From IMG/VR virus record IMGVR_UViG_3300010403_000009, positions 1-51,205 of that record: 51,205 nucleotides of DNA. One strand, 5' to 3'. The translations under genes were made by a program, and so were the position numbers. The notes beneath the pieces were generated by a model. That model saw only the letters and a program-made list of their open reading frames with translations. It ran no database searches and was not told the origin of the DNA. Source of the DNA: a virus (lineage: Duplodnaviria > Caudoviricetes). Below are positions 1 through 7,756 of the stretch, in pieces. Position 1 is the first letter of the stretch, and each line of letters begins with the position of its first letter.

Positions 1-123
1 ACCCCACGACAGAGAAGCCATGATCAATCCAATGCTGTGTTACGTGCCCGAGATGCATCTCGAAGGCTTCTGGCGCGTGAAGTTCGCTGACGTCTGCCTA
101 CTGATGCCGGATGCGGAATTCAT
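1..123. repeat. Terminal direct repeat, left copy (circular assembly overlap)
   Basis: 1-123 is identical to 51083-51205, and the ORF starting at 20 restarts at 51102. Confidence 0.95.
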
Positions 124-226
124 CGAGTTTGCCGATCGGATCAAGTATGACGAGGTGGAATACGAGGCCGAGTATGTGCAGCGGACCCGCGAGTACTATG
201 ATTCGCGGCCTGAAGCCAACATATGA
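20..226 (+). CDS. Hypothetical early protein (68 aa)
   Basis: ATGA overlap with the methyltransferase stop across the circular junction. Confidence 0.65.
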   Translation: MINPMLCYVPEMHLEGFWRVKFADVCLLMPDAEFIEFADRIKYDEVEYEAEYVQRTREYYDSRPEANI

Positions 227-325
227 AAGTTCAAGGAACCGCGCGGGTGATGAGATCCAGGCATAGCCTGTGGGCGCACATCCCGGCCCCGTGCGGTTTC
301 GTCCTAACTCAACGGGAGATGCAAA

Positions 326-502
326 GTGAAAGAGCAAGAATTGTCGGAACTCGCCACTGAGGCAGCGAAGAAGCAGGCCCGCAGCGTCTTTGAGAAGCGC
401 GCCCAGAAGGGCTATGAGACTACGATCACCCTGCGTGAGGATGAGCTGACCGCATTGCTTGCACGGGCGTTCGATGCCGGCCAGAAGGCCGAGAAGCGCT
501 GA
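326..502 (+). CDS. Hypothetical protein (58 aa, not in ORF track)
   Basis: GGAG then GTG; MKEQELSELATEAAKKQ...; TGATG coupling to the next ORF. Confidence 0.6.
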   Translation: MKEQELSELATEAAKKQARSVFEKRAQKGYETTITLREDELTALLARAFDAGQKAEKR

Positions 503-711
503 TGACCGGGTTCGACCGCTACGTGCCCGAACTCGATCCTGCCAATCAGGAACGCAATTACACATGCCTGAAAGCGAATGGCTCAGGCTGCATCATGGAG
601 CCACACGAAGCAGCAGCACTGATGGCGGAATCTCCGGGAGAGTACACGGCGCATACGGTTCGCATGACGCCTGCGCAGTTCGAGAAGCTGCCTGACTTTG
701 GGGGATGGTGA
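502..711 (+). CDS. Hypothetical protein
   Basis: Start/stop overlaps on both sides. Confidence 0.65.
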   Translation: MTGFDRYVPELDPANQERNYTCLKANGSGCIMEPHEAAALMAESPGEYTAHTVRMTPAQFEKLPDFGGW

Positions 712-1049
712 TGACAAAACAGTGCCTCCATTCTGAACTGCGCCGCGTGCGCAACGAAGAGGATGATGGCTACATGGACCTATGGGTCTGCGTAGAACCC
801 GCCTGTCCTTTTGAGATCGACCAGCGCGCAGTCGAACCGTCATCGGACCCTGTGATTCCCGTGCCCGAGCTAGTGTGGAACTCATGCGGGCCGGGTAACG
901 GCGGACTGTGGGATTGCCCTGACAGCATCCACTGCGCCGGCTACTGCTCGCCACCGTGGACCTTTGAGAAGGCCACGCAACAGCACCAGCAACGTCATCG
1001 TGAGTGGGTAGCGGAAGAAATCAAGCAGCGCGCTGTGAACCGGACTTAG
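711..1049 (+). CDS. Hypothetical Cys/His-rich protein
   Basis: Coupled ORF in the early operon; start could be 705-711. Confidence 0.55.
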   Translation: MTKQCLHSELRRVRNEEDDGYMDLWVCVEPACPFEIDQRAVEPSSDPVIPVPELVWNSCGPGNGGLWDCPDSIHCAGYCSPPWTFEKATQQHQQRHREWVAEEIKQRAVNRT

Positions 1050-1055
1050 AACCCT

Positions 1056-1301
1056 ATGGTCCCCGGCCTCATCATCAGCATAGATACGGGAACGCTCCCA
1101 TCCTCAATCGTCGCGGCGCTGCGCGAGCACGGCGTGACCGTCCTTGTAGGAGAGTCCATTGAATCACAAACGACGGCGCCCCAAGACCTCGCGGGCTGGG
1201 TGTCTCATGTGCAAGCCCAACAAAATGGGCAAGGGCTTAGAAAAGAAGCTCGGCCACCGTGGATTCGGAAAGCTACGCGCCGAGCACCACGCAAACTCTG
1301 A
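1056..1301 (+). CDS. Hypothetical protein
   Basis: Fills the operon between neighbouring ORFs. Confidence 0.5.
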   Translation: MVPGLIISIDTGTLPSSIVAALREHGVTVLVGESIESQTTAPQDLAGWVSHVQAQQNGQGLRKEARPPWIRKATRRAPRKL

Positions 1302-1339
1302 TCTCAAAGAGGCCGAGTGAGAACCACTCCGGAGCCTCA

Positions 1340-1663
1340 ATGAGCCTCTTCCAATGCCAAAACTGTGGATGCTGCGAGAACACCGCTCTCGCTGGGCAAG
1401 GGTGTAACGGATACGCAGAAACCTTTTACGATTGGACCGGCATCGAAGATCGCAAGGGCAAGAAGCTGTGCAGTGCGTGCGCTCCAACGCAATACGCTGG
1501 GGGAGAGGGACCGACAGAGTTTGGCAAGTGGCACGGGGAGTTTGAGCGTGTGTTCCTGCCGATGGGAATGTTCCGCACGGCGCGTGACGGCAACCTTGAG
1601 CACATCGAGTCCGGCAGCACGGACTTCAGACGATACGACCTGCGTCGAGGGACCGATGAGTGA
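1340..1663 (+). CDS. Hypothetical Zn-finger-like protein
   Basis: GGAG RBS; CxxCxCC ... CxxC motifs. Confidence 0.7.
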   Translation: MSLFQCQNCGCCENTALAGQGCNGYAETFYDWTGIEDRKGKKLCSACAPTQYAGGEGPTEFGKWHGEFERVFLPMGMFRTARDGNLEHIESGSTDFRRYDLRRGTDE

Positions 1664-1874
1664 GGTGGCGTGGGGCAGCGTCGAGCAGGCCCGGACAATG
1701 AAGCCGCTCCCGCGAGGATACGGGAAGAACCGGAAGTGCCCGTGCGGCTGCAAACAGAAGATCACGCACACGGGCTTCGGTGGTCACGTGGCCCTAACGA
1801 ATGGTTGCGAGCTTTATATCCGGCGCTGGGTGCGCGATGGCTCACAAGTGCGTCGATCTCCGGAGCAGACATGA
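1656..1874 (+). CDS. Hypothetical protein (CPCGC motif)
   Basis: GAGG RBS; ATGA overlap with the Thg1-like gene. Confidence 0.65.
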   Translation: MSEVAWGSVEQARTMKPLPRGYGKNRKCPCGCKQKITHTGFGGHVALTNGCELYIRRWVRDGSQVRRSPEQT

Positions 1875-2680
1875 GCGACGAACTAGGCGACCGCATGAAG
1901 CTGTACGAGATGGCCGAGGCCGGCCGTCGCTTCATGCCGCTGCTGCCAATCCTTGCGCGTGTCGATGGCCGCGCGTTCCATTCATTCACGCGAGGGATGG
2001 AACGCCCCTATAGCGAGGCCATGACCCAGTGCATGATCTACACGGCTGAGAGGCTCGCATTCGAAACTAACGCCTGCATGGCCTACACGCAGAGCGATGA
2101 GATCACGCTCGCGTGGCATTCGCTGGACCCCAAGAGTCAGGTCTGGTTTGACGGCCGCATCTGCAAGATGACTAGCCAACTCGGCGCGCTCGCGACTTTG
2201 CACTTCTATCGGGTGGCTGGCATCCACTTGGGCGAGAAGTACACACAACTTCTGCCGACCTTCGATGCTCGTGTCTGGCAGGTTCCAAACCGCACAGAGG
2301 GGGCGAACGTCTTTCTGTGGCGAGAGTGGGACTGTACTAAGAACAGCCTCACCATGGCCGCCTCAGCACTCTATAGCCACAATGAACTACACGAGGTAAA
2401 TGGCCAGCAGAAGCACGACATGCTGATGGCGAAGGGCGTCAACTGGAACGACTATCCGCCGTCATTCAAGCGCGGAACATTCGTGCAACGACGCCGAGTC
2501 GTTCGGCCATTCACGACGGAAGAGCTGGAGCAGTTGCCACCGAAACATGAGGCTCGCGCGAATCCAGCTCTTACGGTAGAGCGGTGGAAGATTGCGCCTG
2601 TCGCCATGCCGCCGTTCGGCACGGTCACCAATCGCGAAGCGGTGATCTTCGAAGGCGCCGAACCGAAACAAGATAGCTGA
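1871..2680 (+). CDS. tRNA(His) guanylyltransferase Thg1-like protein (3'-5' nucleotidyltransferase)
   Basis: Motifs LGDRMKxYE, RVDGRAFHSFT, YTQSDEI, FDGRxxK, FDAR, KGVNW, KRG; true start ATG 1871 after GGAG. Confidence 0.92.
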   Translation: MSDELGDRMKLYEMAEAGRRFMPLLPILARVDGRAFHSFTRGMERPYSEAMTQCMIYTAERLAFETNACMAYTQSDEITLAWHSLDPKSQVWFDGRICKMTSQLGALATLHFYRVAGIHLGEKYTQLLPTFDARVWQVPNRTEGANVFLWREWDCTKNSLTMAASALYSHNELHEVNGQQKHDMLMAKGVNWNDYPPSFKRGTFVQRRRVVRPFTTEELEQLPPKHEARANPALTVERWKIAPVAMPPFGTVTNREAVIFEGAEPKQDS

Positions 2681-2687
2681 ACTTCAA

Positions 2688-3062
2688 ATGGCAGAACTCG
2701 CAGGCAAAGACTATTTCACCGTCGAGGAGGCGGCGGTCTACGCTGGTATTTCATACAGTCACTGGCGTGCCAATGTGCAACCTGAGTTCCCACCGGGGCT
2801 GTTCAAGGGCAAACTCCTCTACCGCCGGGCCGATGTGGCGCGCTTCATCGAAAACAACACGACGTGGCCACGATCTATCCTCGAGGAACGTGCTGGTACC
2901 TCAACTGGTCGGAGAACGGGAACCAACGCCGGAAATCGCTCGGGGAGATCAGCGAGCATGAAGCCGACACTCAGCGTCGTGCGAAAGAACTCGAACTCAG
3001 GACAGGAAAACGGATCTTCATCGCCTCACGCGTCTTCGATGAGCACAGGAAGACCTACCTAG
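2688..3062 (+). CDS. xis: Putative excisionase (MerR/HTH_17-like winged helix)
   Basis: YFTVEEAAVYAGIS...FPP...LLYRRADVARFI; lies directly upstream of and overlaps the integrase. Confidence 0.7.
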   Translation: MAELAGKDYFTVEEAAVYAGISYSHWRANVQPEFPPGLFKGKLLYRRADVARFIENNTTWPRSILEERAGTSTGRRTGTNAGNRSGRSASMKPTLSVVRKNSNSGQENGSSSPHASSMSTGRPT

Positions 3063-3847
3063 CCTGGCACCGCAGCGAGTTTCCCGACTCGCACTACCGT
3101 GTCGAGCAGATCGCCAGCCAGCACTTCGGCGCATTCGAAGGCAAGCCCCTCTCCCAGATCCAGAACACCGACATCGAGCTCTGGAAGGCAGCACGCGTCC
3201 AGGTGGTGAGCCGCGAGAGCGTCGGCAAGGAGTTCCGCACCCTGAAGGCCCTCTTGCAGAAGGCAGTTGAGTGGGGCGAGATCGAAAAGAACCCGGCAGA
3301 ATATGTCGAAGAGCCGCGATCGCTCGAGTCGGCGCCCATCCACTGGTACACGAAGCCTCAGCTCGCGAAGCTCTATGAGCGCCATCACGGCCAGACGTGG
3401 AAGTTTCTCGCGAATACCGGCCTGCGCCGGACGGAAGCGAAGCAACTGCGAGTCGATCGGGTCGACTTCAAGCGCAAGGTGGTGACGATCGTCTCTACTG
3501 CAGGCGCCCGCACGAAATCGGGGAAATGGCGCGAGATCCCGCTCTCGGACAATGCCATCGCGGCCGCCCAAGCGCTCATTGCGGAGCACGGCAAGACCGG
3601 CTTTGTTCTGCCCCGGATCGCAAGCGAGAGCCTGTCGAGGGCCTTCCTGAAGGACGTAGCGCGGCTGGGGCTGGGCGGAAGTCTCCACAGCCTGCGCCAC
3701 AGCTATGGGGCACATCTCGTCATGGCGGGCGTCCCCTTGCGTTCCCTGCAGGTTCTGATGGGGCATGCGAGCTTCAGAACCACAGAGAGGTACGCCCATG
3801 TGGGCAAGGATCATCTGCGCGCGAAAGCCCGGCGGATCAACCTGTGA
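2864..3847 (+). CDS. int: Tyrosine integrase 1
   Basis: N-terminal arm-binding-like segment (WYLNW..G..RRKSLG); catalytic R (GLRRTE), K (KSGK), HSLRH, GH, Y (ERYAH); ends about 90 bp from attP. Confidence 0.93.
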   Translation: MATIYPRGTCWYLNWSENGNQRRKSLGEISEHEADTQRRAKELELRTGKRIFIASRVFDEHRKTYLAWHRSEFPDSHYRVEQIASQHFGAFEGKPLSQIQNTDIELWKAARVQVVSRESVGKEFRTLKALLQKAVEWGEIEKNPAEYVEEPRSLESAPIHWYTKPQLAKLYERHHGQTWKFLANTGLRRTEAKQLRVDRVDFKRKVVTIVSTAGARTKSGKWREIPLSDNAIAAAQALIAEHGKTGFVLPRIASESLSRAFLKDVARLGLGGSLHSLRHSYGAHLVMAGVPLRSLQVLMGHASFRTTERYAHVGKDHLRAKARRINL

Positions 3848-3848
3848 T

Positions 3849-3884
3849 GGTGTGCTGTTTTCCCAGCACTCTATAGCACTCTAT
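3849..3884. repeat. Putative integrase arm-type sites
   Basis: Tandem AGCACTCTAT x2 (3865-3884); GGTGTGCTG at 3849-3857 recurs at 4020-4028 on the other side of the core; shared (C/T)AGCAC core. Confidence 0.5.
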
Positions 3885-3934
3885 GGCAGTGATCTCTGTC
3901 CGCTACGTGATATCGCCTCTCCTGCAGCCTCTAA

Positions 3935-3982
3935 TGGCGTCCCCAAGGGGATTCGAACCCCTGTTACCGCCGTGAAAGGGCG
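3935..3982 (-). other. attP core: 3' 48 nt of a tRNA-Glu(TTC) gene
   Basis: Minus strand CGCCCTTTCACGGCGGTAACAGGGGTTCGAATCCCCTTGGGGACGCCA gives anticodon arm (TTC), T-arm, acceptor 3' strand and CCA; the 5' half is absent. Confidence 0.9.
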
Positions 3983-3986
3983 CCGT

Positions 3987-4002
3987 AGTTTCACGTGAAA
4001 CC
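3987..4002. promoter_or_regulatory. parS-like site 1
   Basis: AGTTTCACGTGAAACC, 14/16 match to TGTTTCACGTGAAACA with a perfect 14-bp central palindrome. Confidence 0.65.
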
Positions 4003-4111
4003 AAAGACTTGCAGTGCAGGGTGTGCTGCTTTTGAGCTAAAGCTCAACCAGTAGTCCCGCGAGACGATCACTGGTTTTACAAGTGACGTTTCGTGTGAAG
4101 AATGGCGAGTC

Positions 4112-4945
4112 GTGAACAACAACGACACGGTTACGGTCAGCCAAATCATCGACCGATACGAGGCGGAATGCCTCCACGAGCTCGCGCTCAGCACCCAACG
4201 CTCCTACCGCCGACACTTCGTCTACCTGCACCGCGCGTTCGGCCACCTTCTGGTGAACGAATTGAAGCCGAGGGACTTCGGTCCGTTTCTTCAGATCCCG
4301 CCCGGGAAGAAGGGCCGCGTCCAGCGAGTGCGGCAGCTCGCCGTACTTTCGGCTGCCTTCACACAGGCCGTCAGCTTCTGGTACAGCATGGAAAGGAATC
4401 CGCTCAGGGATGTGAAGCGGCCGAAGTTCAAGCCGCGCACGCGATACGTTGAGGACTGGGAGTACGACGGTGTGCGGGCGATGGCGGCGCAGCGCGTAAG
4501 ACTGGCGATGGAGATCGCCTACCTGTCCGGCCAGCGCCAGGGTGATGTGATCGGACTGAAGTGGGCGGACATCGACGACCGCATTCACTTCGTTCAGGGG
4601 AAGACCGGAAAACGGATCGGCATGAAGATCGGGCCGAAGCTCGAGGCTGTGCTGGATGAATGCTGGGGATTGCCGAGCGGCGGTAAGGATGGCGGGGCTT
4701 ATGTGATCTCGAGGAAGGTTGGCGGGCGCTATACGAGTGAGGGCTTCAGGGCGCAGTGGCAAAAAACGATCAACAAGTGGGTGCGCTCAGGGCAAACGCG
4801 CTGGAATTTTCATGACCTCAGGGCGAAATGCGTATCCGACTCTGGCTCACTGCAAGAAGCCAGTGACAGGGCCGGTCATCTGGACCAGCAAATGACAAAA
4901 AGGGTCTACGATCGCAATGAACGGCAGGTTGACTCGCTTGCCTGA
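4112..4945 (+). CDS. Tyrosine recombinase 2 (short; no evident arm-binding domain)
   Basis: GQRQGD, QGKTG, HDLRAK, AGH, RVY catalytic set intact; 277 aa. Confidence 0.88.
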   Translation: MNNNDTVTVSQIIDRYEAECLHELALSTQRSYRRHFVYLHRAFGHLLVNELKPRDFGPFLQIPPGKKGRVQRVRQLAVLSAAFTQAVSFWYSMERNPLRDVKRPKFKPRTRYVEDWEYDGVRAMAAQRVRLAMEIAYLSGQRQGDVIGLKWADIDDRIHFVQGKTGKRIGMKIGPKLEAVLDECWGLPSGGKDGGAYVISRKVGGRYTSEGFRAQWQKTINKWVRSGQTRWNFHDLRAKCVSDSGSLQEASDRAGHLDQQMTKRVYDRNERQVDSLA

Positions 4946-5007
4946 TAGAGGGGAATGGACGGCCACTCGTCTATAGGTTCAGGTATCAACGGCACAGAGA
5001 GGCCGAG

Positions 5008-5145
5008 ATGGACAGGGAATTGAAGAGGGATCTGTGGAGGATATTCTGGGGGCTGCTCTTAATGGCAGTAATGCTGGGGGGAATCGGGTACTTCGCGATG
5101 AAAGTACCCATGCTGAAAGAAGGCGGCGAGACTAATCAGCGCTGA
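5008..5145 (+). CDS. Small single-TM protein (45 aa, not in ORF track)
   Basis: GAGAGG RBS; MDRELKRDLWRIFWGLLLMAVMLGGIGYFAMKVP... Confidence 0.5.
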   Translation: MDRELKRDLWRIFWGLLLMAVMLGGIGYFAMKVPMLKEGGETNQR

Positions 5146-5300
5146 AGAAAGAACCCCCAGCCGAGCACGACGAAGAACAGTCCGGCGCAAAGCCAGTCGA
5201 TCTTGTTGGCAAACCCCTTACCCTCTGCGCCGATGTTCTTGAGCGCTCCAATGGCGAAGCACACAAGCGCGAGGATGTAGACGATTTCGTGGCCTGTCAT
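5136..5300 (-). CDS. Small two-TM membrane protein (54 aa), last gene of the lysis cassette
   Basis: AGGAG RBS before ATG 5300; two hydrophobic helices. Confidence 0.7.
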   Translation of the reverse strand: MTGHEIVYILALVCFAIGALKNIGAEGKGFANKIDWLCAGLFFVVLGWGFFLQR

Positions 5301-5308
5301 GGCAGCTC

Positions 5309-5791
5309 CTAAAGCTGTGGGGTGATTTCGGCTATTAACGCGGCGAGTCTGGCGCTGTTCCTGCGGCATTCTCCAACGGCGGCAGCAACTGAATCAGTGA
5401 GTCCATCGCCTGATGCTCCGCTGGCTGGAGGAGTTCCGGGCTGATGCGTGGCTTCATGCACGGAATGACTTGGGGGATCTCGCGCACGGGCTGCTGCGAG
5501 CAGGCGACGAGCGATGCTGAGATCACCAACAGCATCGTCAACCTGATGATTGAGCCCGGCGATGATTTCAGCATTGCGTTTGTCCGTAGCGTTGGCGGTA
5601 TCAATCTGGGCCCGCATGGCGACTCTGGCGGCCTGTTCTGCCTTGGTCTGCACGATGAGCCATGGCGCGCGCTCGTCGGCTCTGCCGGTGGCATAGCGCG
5701 TTTCACCCCACTTGTGGATAGCGAACCAGACCGCGCCGGCTGCTACGACAATGAGCAAGGGTTTCCACGTCAGCCTCAGGAACTCGATCAT
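5309..5791 (-). CDS. Rz: Inner-membrane spanin (Rz-like)
   Basis: ATGA-coupled start 5791; N-terminal TM, Ala-rich helical periplasmic part, C-terminal Cys; contains an embedded lipoprotein gene. Confidence 0.85.
   Translation of the reverse strand: MIEFLRLTWKPLLIVVAAGAVWFAIHKWGETRYATGRADERAPWLIVQTKAEQAARVAMRAQIDTANATDKRNAEIIAGLNHQVDDAVGDLSIARRLLAAARARDPPSHSVHEATHQPGTPPASGASGDGLTDSVAAAVGECRRNSARLAALIAEITPQL
5335..5574 (-). CDS. Rz1: Outer-membrane spanin lipoprotein (Rz1-like), embedded in Rz
   Basis: Signal peptide with lipobox SLVA-C and a Pro-rich mature part, in an alternate frame inside Rz. Confidence 0.8.
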   Translation of the reverse strand: MLKSSPGSIIRLTMLLVISASLVACSQQPVREIPQVIPCMKPRISPELLQPAEHQAMDSLIQLLPPLENAAGTAPDSPR

Positions 5792-6102
5792 GGCGGCGTC
5801 ACTACCGTGGAGGAAGTGCTTGCGGTTGTGGTGGTAGTTGACACCGGCGCATCCCACGTGCGGCCGTTGGTGACGTAGCTGTCGAACACGAGCTTCATGA
5901 ATCCGAAGATGGCAAGCACGACGACGCTGGCAAAGCCTGAAGCTTCGAGGCTGCGATCTTCTTTCGGAAGTGCCGTGTACCAGTGGAGCAGAAAGTTCGC
6001 GACCCAGATGGTCCACCACAGACAGCCGAACAGGAACAGACGCGGAAACAGGCGATAGGAATCGATCAGTTCTGCCGCATCGAGCCAGCGCGCCTTGTTC
6101 AA
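5788..6102 (-). CDS. Putative holin (2 TM)
   Basis: Two TM helices; coupled between endolysin and Rz. Confidence 0.65.
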   Translation of the reverse strand: MNKARWLDAAELIDSYRLFPRLFLFGCLWWTIWVANFLLHWYTALPKEDRSLEASGFASVVVLAIFGFMKLVFDSYVTNGRTWDAPVSTTTTTASTSSTVVTPP

Positions 6103-6440
6103 CCCCGCACTCCATCGGGCGAGACTGAATAGTGGTTAAAGTCTTTTTTCTGGAAATCCCCGCCCCAGCGATACTTCGGACCGAACGCTTTCCACCAGGC
6201 TCCGAGTTCTCGATGACCTGTGTCGTCCGTGATATAGACGCCGTTCGTGAACAGGTTGAGATCGATGGCGAGGCGCTCACAGTGCAGACTTCGAGAGATG
6301 CCTGACCCTGCGGCAGCATTTGCAGCGGCCTGCTCGGGCGAACGGTAGGCATCGCCGAAGGTCACTCCGTAACCCAGCTCTGCGGCCTTCTGAATGAGCC
6401 TTGCTGCAGACTGCGCGAACTCTTCCTGCAGGATACTCAT
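6099..6440 (-). CDS. Endolysin, M15 family Zn peptidase (L-Ala-D-Glu peptidase-like)
   Basis: YRSPEQA, SLH..RLAIDL, RWGGDF, DFNHYS motifs. Confidence 0.9.
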   Translation of the reverse strand: MSILQEEFAQSAARLIQKAAELGYGVTFGDAYRSPEQAAANAAAGSGISRSLHCERLAIDLNLFTNGVYITDDTGHRELGAWWKAFGPKYRWGGDFQKKDFNHYSVSPDGVRG

Positions 6441-6679
6441 GGATGTTTCACCGCTGCGTAAATGAGAGCGATAGCCCCCGGAACAGCTCCCGCTATAAAG
6501 CCCCAGACGCCCGCCTGAAACTTCAGCACCGCGATCTCTGCCTTGATGTCGGCGATATCGGCGGTGCTGAGTACGCTGATCTGCCCTTTGACTTCGCTGA
6601 TACCATCGGACAGACGGGTAAGTTCAGCGAGAATCAATCTCCTGTACTCGCCCCAGTCGCCTTCACTTTCCGGAGCCAT
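6437..6679 (-). CDS. Coiled-coil plus C-terminal TM protein (80 aa; holin/antiholin-like)
   Basis: Start ATG 6679 overlaps the PAS gene end; heptad region then hydrophobic C-terminus; ATGA-coupled to endolysin. Confidence 0.75.
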   Translation of the reverse strand: MAPESEGDWGEYRRLILAELTRLSDGISEVKGQISVLSTADIADIKAEIAVLKFQAGVWGFIAGAVPGAIALIYAAVKHP

Positions 6680-7100
6680 CAGAGATTCTGCGAACGACGG
6701 CAAGAGCGAGAACGCCTTGCGTGGAGACGAGTGGCCCGAGGATGATCTGGACATGAACCGTACGCCCATTGCGATGCTGGCCAGCAAGCGTCTGCGCAAG
6801 ATGCATTGGACGCACCGTTGGATTCGCGAAGTAGCGATCAATATGATTCGCGTGGCGCTCCCTCAAGCTCTCAGGCAGGAGCATATGCACCGGCTGGCCC
6901 AGTAGCAGCGAGCGCGGATAGCCGAACAGCAACTCAATCTGTTCGTTGCAGAGCTGAATCAGTCCCTGCTCGTTGATGACCAGAAGGCCATCGGGCAGCG
7001 AATCGACGAGCTGCTCGAGCATCGCCGGATCGACGACGACGCGATCCGACAGACGCTCGTTCATCTCCTTCAGCTTGTCGATGATCTCAGTCATTGCCAA
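6663..7100 (-). CDS. Stand-alone PAS-domain protein (FixL-like, putative heme PAS)
   Basis: LVDSLPDGLLVIN..G.I...N...E.LFGY....LLGQPV.MLLPE..RERH; G.HRNG; no output domain; ATG alternative at 7094. Confidence 0.9.
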   Translation of the reverse strand: MAMTEIIDKLKEMNERLSDRVVVDPAMLEQLVDSLPDGLLVINEQGLIQLCNEQIELLFGYPRSLLLGQPVHMLLPESLRERHANHIDRYFANPTVRPMHLAQTLAGQHRNGRTVHVQIILGPLVSTQGVLALAVVRRISDGSGK

Positions 7101-7304
7101 TCACGACATGCAGTCGAAGGCTTCCGCCTGACAACGCATCAGAAACTGAGTCTCATGCGGACTTTGCGTGTCATCAGGTCGCGCGAGGATGGCATCCATC
7201 TTCACGCGCCTCGGTCCCGTGATCCATCCGGAGACGGATGGATCTTCGAGAGACTTGCGCAGATTCTGACGAATGATAACTGGACCTGTATTTCCACCCA
7301 TCAC
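7101..7304 (-). CDS. Hypothetical protein (67 aa)
   Basis: Tightly packed between neighbours with an overlap at 7301-7304. Confidence 0.65.
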   Translation of the reverse strand: MMGGNTGPVIIRQNLRKSLEDPSVSGWITGPRRVKMDAILARPDDTQSPHETQFLMRCQAEAFDCMS

Positions 7305-7756
7305 TTCTTCTCCTTCGGTTTCATACGTTGCATATTGCCCGTCGCGCCGAACTCGGAGTCGGACGGGAGTTTGTCGCCGTGAATGATATCGAGCGCTTCC
7401 TTATCCATTAGGCGCCGTTCGACAAGCCACATCTGAGTTTTCGTGGCCTTGAACTCATCCATCGCCTGCGCGTGCTGTGAATTCCAGCTCGCTGCTGTTC
7501 GCTCGTGCTCCGCGGTCCACATACGCTGCGTTTGCTCAAGAGCCGACGCGTTGGCATCGGCGCGAATCCACGCCCCAACACCGGCGACTGCGCCGGCGAC
7601 GCCACCGACAAACGCGAAACATAGCGCGATAATCGCCATCGTCTTGCTGCCATGGTCATTGATCTCTGAGCGAGAATTGGCGCCGCCGCCCTCAGACTTC
7701 TGAGACTTGTCCGGCGAATCGTGCCGGCGATCCATGCGCGGACTATCGTCGATCAT
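7301..7756 (-). CDS. Single-TM protein with helical C-terminal domain
   Basis: Likely start ATG 7756; [26 protein letters not shown]. Confidence 0.7.
   Translation of the reverse strand: MIDDSPRMDRRHDSPDKSQKSEGGGANSRSEINDHGSKTMAIIALCFAFVGGVAGAVAGVGAWIRADANASALEQTQRMWTAEHERTAASWNSQHAQAMDEFKATKTQMWLVERRLMDKEALDIIHGDKLPSDSEFGATGNMQRMKPKEKK

Noticed and set aside
1-123. Biological terminal repeat of the virion DNA
   Set aside because: It cuts through coding sequence in the early operon, far from the terminase region; a circular assembly overlap is the simpler explanation.
245-303. Hammerhead ribozyme (TGATGAG and GACGAAAC-like words)
   Set aside because: The two core words lie on opposite strands and the CUGA core reads GUGA.
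1670-1870. N-terminal extension of the Thg1-like ORF
   Set aside because: It overlaps a better-supported ORF; the family N-terminus and RBS point to ATG 1871.
3059-3814. Long antisense ORFs (also 16210-17172, 21965-22777, 25465-26280, 49899-50681)
   Set aside because: They are opposite-strand shadows of well-supported genes in GC-rich DNA and have no motifs.
3935-3982. Functional tRNA-Glu gene
   Set aside because: The D-arm and 5' acceptor strand are missing; it is an attP core only.
5792-6352. 347-aa ORF as one long protein
   Set aside because: The upstream part is an off-frame shadow of the endolysin and holin; Rz starts at 5791.
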